A stretch of DNA of 64,000 nt from assembly GCA_964016885.1 (NCBI GenBank), contig OZ024745.1:66588001-66652000 (forward strand). Reading direction: 5' to 3'. A program made the translations under genes and the position numbers. The DNA is from Eledone cirrhosa. Taxonomy: Eukaryota. The notes below the pieces were generated by a model, which was not told where the DNA came from, searched no databases, and was given only the letters and a program-made list of their open reading frames with translations. Shown here piece after piece: positions 56,721 to 64,000 of this stretch. Each line of letters opens with the position of its first letter. Position 1 is the first letter of the stretch.

Positions 56721-56803
56721 TGTGTATATATATATATATATGCATGCTACTGTACGTCTGTATACATATATGTATGTACGTATACATACATACTTACATT
56801 TAA
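50533..56803 (-). repeat. Tandem array of ~500-bp hammerhead-containing units (12 full + 1 partial), retrozyme-like, ending in a fold-back
   Basis: The unit marker TTGAAAAAAATGAAAACG recurs at 50538, 51037, 51538, 52039, 52538, 53037, 53536, 54035, 54538, 55037, 55538, 56037 and 56570. Units are nearly identical apart from the length of an internal TA/CA microsatellite and a few substitutions. Each full unit has one HHR motif on the minus strand. Confidence 0.95.
50869..50913 (-). ncRNA. Minimal type I hammerhead ribozyme (first of 12 identical copies in the array)
   Basis: Minus strand reads AACGGUG-CUGAUGA-U AGCU AACA AGCU U-GAAA-CUAG-UA^CAUCGUU: 7-bp stem I with one G.U pair, intact core, 4-bp stem II, palindromic stem III, GUA cleavage triplet. 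Other 45-nt copies start at 51370, 51871, 52370, 52869, 53368, 53867, 54370, 54869, 55370, 55869 and 56402. Confidence 0.9.
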
Positions 56804-57039
56804 ATAAATATATATATATATATATGTTTGTGTGTGTCTACGTGTGTGTGTGTAAATGTGCGCGTGTGTGTGAATGTGTGTTTGTTTGTATGTCTATATA
56901 CTATCTTCTTCCCTGTCCGTAGTAGTAGGAGTAGCAGCAGCAACACCAGTAGCAGTAATAAAGCTCGATATTTTGCAGCAAACATATTTATGTATTTCTC
57001 CGTTAATCTGTTTGTCCGGATTTTCCATCCTCACACAAA

Positions 57040-57175
57040 TAATTGTTTCTACTTTAGGCACAAGGCAAGCAATTATCCAGTGCATTCCTGGTACTTTATT
57101 TTATCGACCCCGTAAGGATGAAAGGCAAAGTCAACCTCGGCGGGATTTGAACTCAGATCGTAAAGGGGCGTAACT
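57040..57175 (-). mobile_element. tRNA-derived SINE
   Basis: Reverse complement of the family core, including GGGATTTGAACTCAG. Confidence 0.85.
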
Positions 57176-57308
57176 TCCTCACACAAATAATACTACACAT
57201 ACACACACACACGCACGCACACTCGACATGATCAATTAAATCTAGACTTTTCTCCAGAATTACCTCATTCTACAGACAAAATAAAGAAATAAAACACACG
57301 CACACACA

Positions 57309-57344
<36 letters not shown>

Positions 57345-57354
57345 TTATTTATTA

Positions 57355-57540
57355 AGGAAAAGAGACTTCTACAGGACTAACACTGTTTCATTCCGGAGAA
57401 ATCATCAGGAAGTCCTGATTATTTCTCCGGAATGAAACACCTCTAGTCCTGTAGCAGCCTTTCTACATTAAATATTTATACTCTGCTTTGTATTGAGTAC
57501 CTTACTTACTGTGGTTACCCCCGATTCAACCCGAGATAAA
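57355..57540. mobile_element. Short fold-back HHR element, family A copy 3
   Basis: Minus strand 57364-57414: GACTTC-CTGATGA-TTTCTCCGGAAT-GAAA-CAG TGTTAGTC CTG-TA^GAAGTC. A decayed mirror copy follows. Flanked by (TA)n. Confidence 0.78.
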
Positions 57541-57596
<56 letters not shown>

Positions 57597-57624
57597 TTAC
57601 ATATATACATACATACATATATAT

Positions 57625-57730
57625 ATAGGAAAATGTATGACCCTGACGGCAGAGCTCAAGCCGTTTCGACGGCTATTTCTGGACGTCGAAACGGCTTGAG
57701 CTCTAGCGTCGTGGTCATACATTTTCCTAT
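57625..57730. repeat. Fold-back (~45-bp arms) next to (TA)n
   Basis: ATAGGAAAATGTATGACC...AGAGCTCAAGCCGTTTCGACG / CGTCGAAACGGCTTGAGCTCT...GGTCATACATTTTCCTAT. Confidence 0.88.
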
Positions 57731-58553
57731 TACCCACTCTACTACCCTAAGTATTGAGTACTCTGGTGCGTTATTGGTCCATCTGGTTCCTTACCACAAC
57801 TCCTTCGTTATATATATTTATATATATATATATATATAGGCGTATATGTTTATATACTGCACGAGCTATTCTATGATAACTACCATTAGTTCTGAATTTA
57901 GTCAACTATCAACTCTCTACACACCATACTCTAACCCAAGGTTCTGAAAAGGTTTTCACGCCTAAGTGAGATTTTGTTTTACATTGCCTCTCCGCTCTCA
58001 CTAATATTTAATTAAATAATTTAATTATTAGCCCTATTACACCCAAACAAATTGATCATCTTATTTCTTTTACGCAATTAGTTATTCTTTACCCATTTAT
58101 TTATTTATAATTTAATACTTTTATATTGCGTAAGTTCTTATATTTTATCCATAATATATTTCTCTCAAACACATATTTTACATAGCTCAACATTTATATA
58201 TTACTATTTAGTTTTAATATTCATCACCTTACTACCATGCAATGACCTCCACCTAATCAACAGGGTTTTCTTCGCTTTCCACCAATAACATACATTTGTC
58301 TTTCAACATCATTAATTTAAATACGTCTATCCATTTCCTCCACAACTAATTACTCTACCTACTACGCGTTTCTATCAGCTCTACCCATTAAGCATATTAC
58401 TTTATTTAATTAGTTTTATTACTCACTCTCTGAATATGGATCATAACATTTTTATTCAATACTATACTATACTCTTCTCCAATTTTCTCTATACTTTGCT
58501 AATATTACTGGCATGCAGTAATACATTAAGCGAATTAGCTAGCGCGAATGTGT

Positions 58554-58586
<33 letters not shown>

Positions 58587-59039
58587 GGGGGGGGGGGTGT
58601 CTGTCTGTGTGTGTATGTGTGTATATATATATATACACATTTATTTATATATATACATACACACACACAGACACATACGCACGCACACACACACACATAC
58701 ACACACACACCCACGCACACACACGCACACACACAAACACACACACACACACATAGTTGAACAAAGAAAACAAAAAACAAACACAGGGATGCAAACATAC
58801 AAAGTCTTATTAGGATCACGCTTAGAAGGAAATGGATAAGGTTTCCACGCTTCGGACGGATGCCCTTCGTCAAAAAATGGATTGTTCGGATAGGGAGAGA
58901 ACAGGTATGTACATGAAAGTTTGGAAAAGGTTGTTAAGAAGGTGGAAGGCATTCGTGGTCGGGTACCGAAGTGGACGGTCTATGTGTGATATGGATGTGG
59001 TTGAATGTGTGCCGATGGAAAGAAAATTGGTTGGTACGC

Positions 59040-59222
59040 ATGGCAGTATCGGTAGAGGGTCTGCCGCCATGGTTTGTAGCAAAGAGTTACGGCCCTCTAT
59101 GGTCTGAGTTCAAATCCCGCGAGGGTAACTTTGCCTTTCATCCTTACGGGGTCGATAAAATAAAATAGCAGTAATACACTGGAATAATTGCTGGCCTTGT
59201 GCCCAAAATAGAAACAATTATT
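59040..59222 (+). mobile_element. tRNA-derived SINE
   Basis: TGGCAGTATCGGTAGAG head, CTGAGTTCAAATCCC B-box, family core. Confidence 0.85.
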
Positions 59223-62200
59223 ACTTCTACTTGTCTGTATGTGTACACGTACAATTCTCTGATAGTATTTGCACACTGGTCTTTGTATGTCTGTGCGTTA
59301 TTTTTTTTTTGTGCATGCGTGTGCATGTGAGTGTGTGTGTACGTGTGTGACTTGTGGTATTGTTTCTGTGTATGTGAGTGTGTACGTTTGTGTTTGTGCA
59401 TGGATGTATTTTCACGTGTGTGACTGGGAAGTGTGTGTGTATGCGTGTATCCACATGTGTTTGTGATTTTCTGTATTGCGGAATGTGTGTGAAAGTAAGT
59501 ATGTATGGGTATGTCTGTGTACGCATATCTGAATATGCACGTGTAGTCCGTAGATATAATCTGTATTACAGTTTATTATACGAGACACATGGTTGTTAAC
59601 GCACCACTGATTTATTAATCTTTTACATATGACATTTAAATGTTATGTGAATCTAAATGTCTATATTTTGAACACAATTATATTTTATTATAAATTTTAT
59701 AATTCGATTTATCGTAAAAGGATTTTAATTCCATAACATAACCTACATGTCTTCTAAAAACGAATGGATATGATATATACGATACATATTATGATAAATT
59801 GCTAGAGGTAAATATTTAATCACTTGCAAATATCAACTATTATCTCAGAAATGTGTGATGTTGATAATGTTGTTGATATCATGCTTCACTAGAAACAGCT
59901 TTCAAAGAACTCATGTTATTTTTCAATGCACTAAAATGTTCAAGCAATGTGCTTTATTATATAGGAAACTCATCGTTTATGCTGTATCGATTACTGTGTG
60001 AATATGGGTCATATTTTTGAAAATAGTAAATATATTTGCTAATTTGATTTAAGAAATTTAAACTTGTATCTTCTAAGAAATAAATTAAAGACATTTTTTT
60101 AAAAATGGTAGTTAGCTTCGATACTTTTATATAATGTGTTAGGAATTTAAATACTGATTCTATGAAGGTTAAATCAAATGTTTGAAATTGTTGTTCACAG
60201 ATCCCATCATGAGTTATGGGTTAGGAAAATGCATGTGTGACTTCATATCTATAAATATAGTCTTATTATATAGTGATAAACTCACAAACTTATTTGACAT
60301 GGTAACATATATTATGAATTGTTTCTGTCTTTCGTAATGTCAGTAGTATCAGAAAGAAATGTATAAAGGCTATAGGTAAGGAGTATCTAGTCACGAAATT
60401 GTCTAGCCTGAAGTTTATGTACTAACATTCTTTATTGATTGATGGCGAGAAGGATTTACATTTCAGTATGTGTCCACTGGGGTGGGGGAAGAGTTCTAAA
60501 ACATAAAGACACTTCTGATAATGAAGTACGTTACATTTAAGCTTCCCTGGAGACGCAAAACTACTTTTATATTGTTAATAACTTTGTAGAATGATATAAA
60601 AGGAACACAATCTTGCCTCGTGATTAATTTATCAGTTGAGTTTTAATAAGAATCTGTCAATATGTTACTGCTTTATACATGGCGATACTGTACTGCAGAT
60701 ATACATTAAATTAGATGTGGAACAATAAGTAGTATTATGAGTCTTTTGAATTAAATACTTCAAATGCTTTTAAATAGGATTTAGATTTATGATCTCTAGA
60801 GTTAATTTGTGAAATGTTGATCTAATTGCTTCTGATCAGCATTGGTTTGAGATTATAGTTAATCATGTTTATTGATCCATGCAACGGTCACCGATGAGAC
60901 TTCAGGCGTCCTCGGACCCTGGACAGCTGAGCTATTCCGCAAACTCTGAACGTCGGCAGCCCGTCTGAGAAAGGGACCCCGCGAGGTGGGGTGGCTCTTA
61001 TAGCGGGTGTCATTAGCCATTGTCCGCGGGAAATGTCTTTGCAGTTTTGTCCGCGGGACGCAATCGAAACACTACCCCGACCTCGGCGTAGTGTCTGACA
61101 CGCTCTTCATTTTGTTCCGTTGCCTTTTAGTCCTTGCTCTTTCCCTCCTTTTCGTCTCATGTATGGCATTAATGGTCCTTTCCTTTACCGTCTGATACAG
61201 TTAGGTATGTCCTTCTTTACCCATTTCCACTTTTTTTCATTACTTAATGTTTTAAATATTTCCATCACTGTATAACTTCTGTCTGTAAAATATAGTTGAC
61301 ATAATACATTTATGTATAGCAGATAACAAAATAAAATACGCGTTTAGAGGAGGTATAGAATAAATTATAAACAACAAGAAATAAACTAAGAAAAATCAAT
61401 AATGAGAATAAAGAGATATTTATACCGGTTTGTAAACATCTATTAATTTTCAAATAAAGCTTGATCAGCCAGAGTTGCCACACAAAGTTTATATTTTAGC
61501 CAATATCCCGATTGAATTGTAGAATTGTTCATGGGGTTGAAATATGAATCCTTAATGTTTCTTTCTTGCAATTATAATTCTAAAATTATTATTTAAGCAG
61601 TTGATTAGTTATGAAACATATATTGATATGTTCATTGCTATCATATTCTATTGTTTGTATGCTGCGTAGAACAGGTCTCTCTCTAACAAAAACCGGATAC
61701 TAAGTCTCAATTTCATTTGTTTCAATAGATCTTTTGTTTCAATAATCTATCGATGTCTAACAATTATTGAAGCAGTTCAATTTATGCCACCACAGGACAT
61801 TATTGAAGGAATAAACGTATACTCAACCCTTCGCAGCCTAATGTATCAATAAGATTTAAGTATTAATAGGCATTATGAGGGAAATGCTTTGAAAATATTC
61901 TTGATGTTCACACATATGCCTATAACACCCACCCTCTAAAATATATATTCACTGATATGTTATCGCTGAACTTCAATGTGTAAAATCGTATCAAATCGTA
62001 CCAATATTGTGAATCTTATTCAGAAACTAAAGAATAGGAAACTTAAGCAACATTTCTTTCCTCTACACAATACAAGTTTATCGATGGATAGTTTCTCTCA
62101 TTAGAATATCTTTCAAATTAACAGCTACTGAAAATAGGAACGTCAATATTTGTGTGGAAATATCAATCGTCTATTACAGTAAACCGTAGTAGAATACGCA

Positions 62201-63328
62201 CTCTCAAATGAAGCACACATCAATGATTCTATATTTAAATACATTAGCTAAACTTTCTCACCTTTCATCAATGCTTTTACTCAACTCTAAAAGGATTCTC
62301 TCAGCAAGCAAGATGAATAAATAACTGCGACCCTCAAACGATTAAACACATCCTAAAACCTCCAACTGTTAATTCCCAAATAGATAACAGCGTCATCAAA
62401 ATGCATGCCATGCACGAGGAGCAACTTCTCATAAATGAACAAAAAGGTCATTAATGCATGCGAAATATTGGTTATTTCCCTTCTAGCAATATTTTCAAAA
62501 TAATTTCTACATTTAAACATGTCAAATGTGGCTATTCATCCAAACACTTTATTTCTAAAACAATTAGAAGAATGAGGTTATTGCTTATAACTCATCAAAC
62601 AGAATTTATTCCCTGTGGAGAAATAGGATATATGTGTTGTTTTTACTCATTTACTACCCTTGCTACAAATAAACAATGCTTGTAATATATCTCTTATCCA
62701 AATTATTGAAATTGAAATTGAAGGAAAGGAAGAGCCTCTATATGCTGACAGAAATGAAATTCAACCAGCTAATAGCTTTAAAATACATTTCTGAGGTCTA
62801 CTGATTAAAACTAATAATATTTTCATATCATGGACAAGGGTTGATATTACGTAATATTTAAGAGATTGTTACGAAAGGAATAGTGGGAAATCTCAATCCA
62901 CATAGCGAACACATGTTCATGAAGCCAAATATATTTGCATAAAGATGTAAGAAAATAATAAACTGCTTTTATAGCAAATTCTATACTTATCAATTGCATA
63001 GACTTCCGTTTGGACTTACCAACACAGTAGCATTTATTCAATGAATTCTGGACAATATAATGTCAACATTTTTGCATCCGGATGATGATATATTTGTGTA
63101 TTGATTTCTATATAATAGGTCGGAATACAAGTTCATGAATGGTTATAAAACATCTAAAGATGTGTATTCATTTTATAGCTCACCACAAACAAACCATTAG
63201 TTATGTACAAAGCAAACGATAACAAATTCACACCAACCGTAGTGCCATTATCTTGCTAGAAAAAATATGAACTCCAAAGACGTATTTTTAATAATTTCTT
63301 TACAAATGAAGGTGACCCTAACACATAG

Positions 63329-63404
<76 letters not shown>

Positions 63405-63432
63405 GATCTATCTATCTATCTACCTCTCTCAC

Positions 63433-63481
<49 letters not shown>

Positions 63482-63764
63482 AGCGTGTTTATATATACAG
63501 TTATATACTTATGTGCATATGTTAATACACACACACACGGTTCTGTATATATATATATATATTTATTTATTTATTTAGGTTTATTGGTTCACCACTGGAT
63601 AGAACTGCTCATTCCGTATGGTCAACCTCGATGTAATATTATGGAGAGCACTCAACGTAATGCAACTCACCCGTGTTCGTTTGCCTAGTTGGTGGTGCGA
63701 GTACGGAGTTAATTATTATAAAATAACAGGAGGCTGGACTGGTTAATTTCTTTAAATGTTTATT

Positions 63765-63822
63765 ATACTATGATCATTTCAATGACCGGGTTCAGTATAA
63801 ATCCGGTGACATCATCAGGTAT
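63765..63822 (-). ncRNA. Minimal type I hammerhead ribozyme
   Basis: AUAC-CUGAUGA-UGUCACCGG...CCGGUCAUU-GAAA-UGAUCA-UA^GUAU, with a palindromic stem III loop (UGAUCA). Confidence 0.75.
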
Positions 63823-64000
63823 TCGAAATATAACAAAGGAATATAACAGATAAAATCCATGGGGCTGAAAATCAGAGACAAGAGGACGACCGACTATTTA
63901 GCAGCTTCTACCTCGGTCTGCCGCCCTCTTGTCTCTGATTTTCAGTTCCATGGATTTTATCTGTTATATTCCTTTGTTATATTTTGAATACCTGATGATA
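63811..64000. repeat. Fold-back (~75-bp arms) running to the window edge
   Basis: ATCATCAGGTATTCGAAATATAACAAAGG...CAGAGACAAGAGG mirrored by CCTCTTGTCTCTG...GAATACCTGATGAT. Confidence 0.9.

Noticed and set aside
50538-56803. Repeated [18 protein letters not shown]... ORFs as a tandem gene family
   Set aside because: The ORFs run through a microsatellite, change frame with its length and have no recognisable domain.
50533-56803. CRISPR-like array
   Set aside because: Whole units are identical with no unique spacers, and the context is eukaryotic.
60890-61200. GC-rich island as a promoter or structured RNA
   Set aside because: No identifiable motif or second copy in the window. Probably a fragment of an unclassified repeat.

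Overview
AT-rich, microsatellite-dense eukaryotic DNA. The SINE family and repeat content suggest an octopus or other cephalopod; this is inference only. I could not support any host protein-coding gene, and most ORF-track entries are translations of (TA)n/(CA)n repeats. The window holds: (1) a 5'-truncated Penelope-like element (PLE; RT + GIY-YIG) at 14.2-18.3 kb, with a 1.3-kb inverted copy of its 3' end and a hammerhead ribozyme (HHR) in each pLTR; (2) an apparently full-length Tx1/L1-type LINE at 18.7-24.5 kb inside a (GATA)n tract; (3) remnants of CRE, R4-like, RTE-like and Helitron elements and a second PLE; (4) many tRNA-derived SINEs. The most notable signal is a near-perfect tandem array of ~500-bp units at 50.5-56.8 kb. 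Each of the 12 full units carries an intact minimal type I HHR on the minus strand, and the array ends in a fold-back, which makes it retrozyme-like. About ten short fold-back elements sit in (TA)n tracts, several with their own HHRs. Together these suggest a PLE-driven family of ribozyme-bearing non-autonomous elements.
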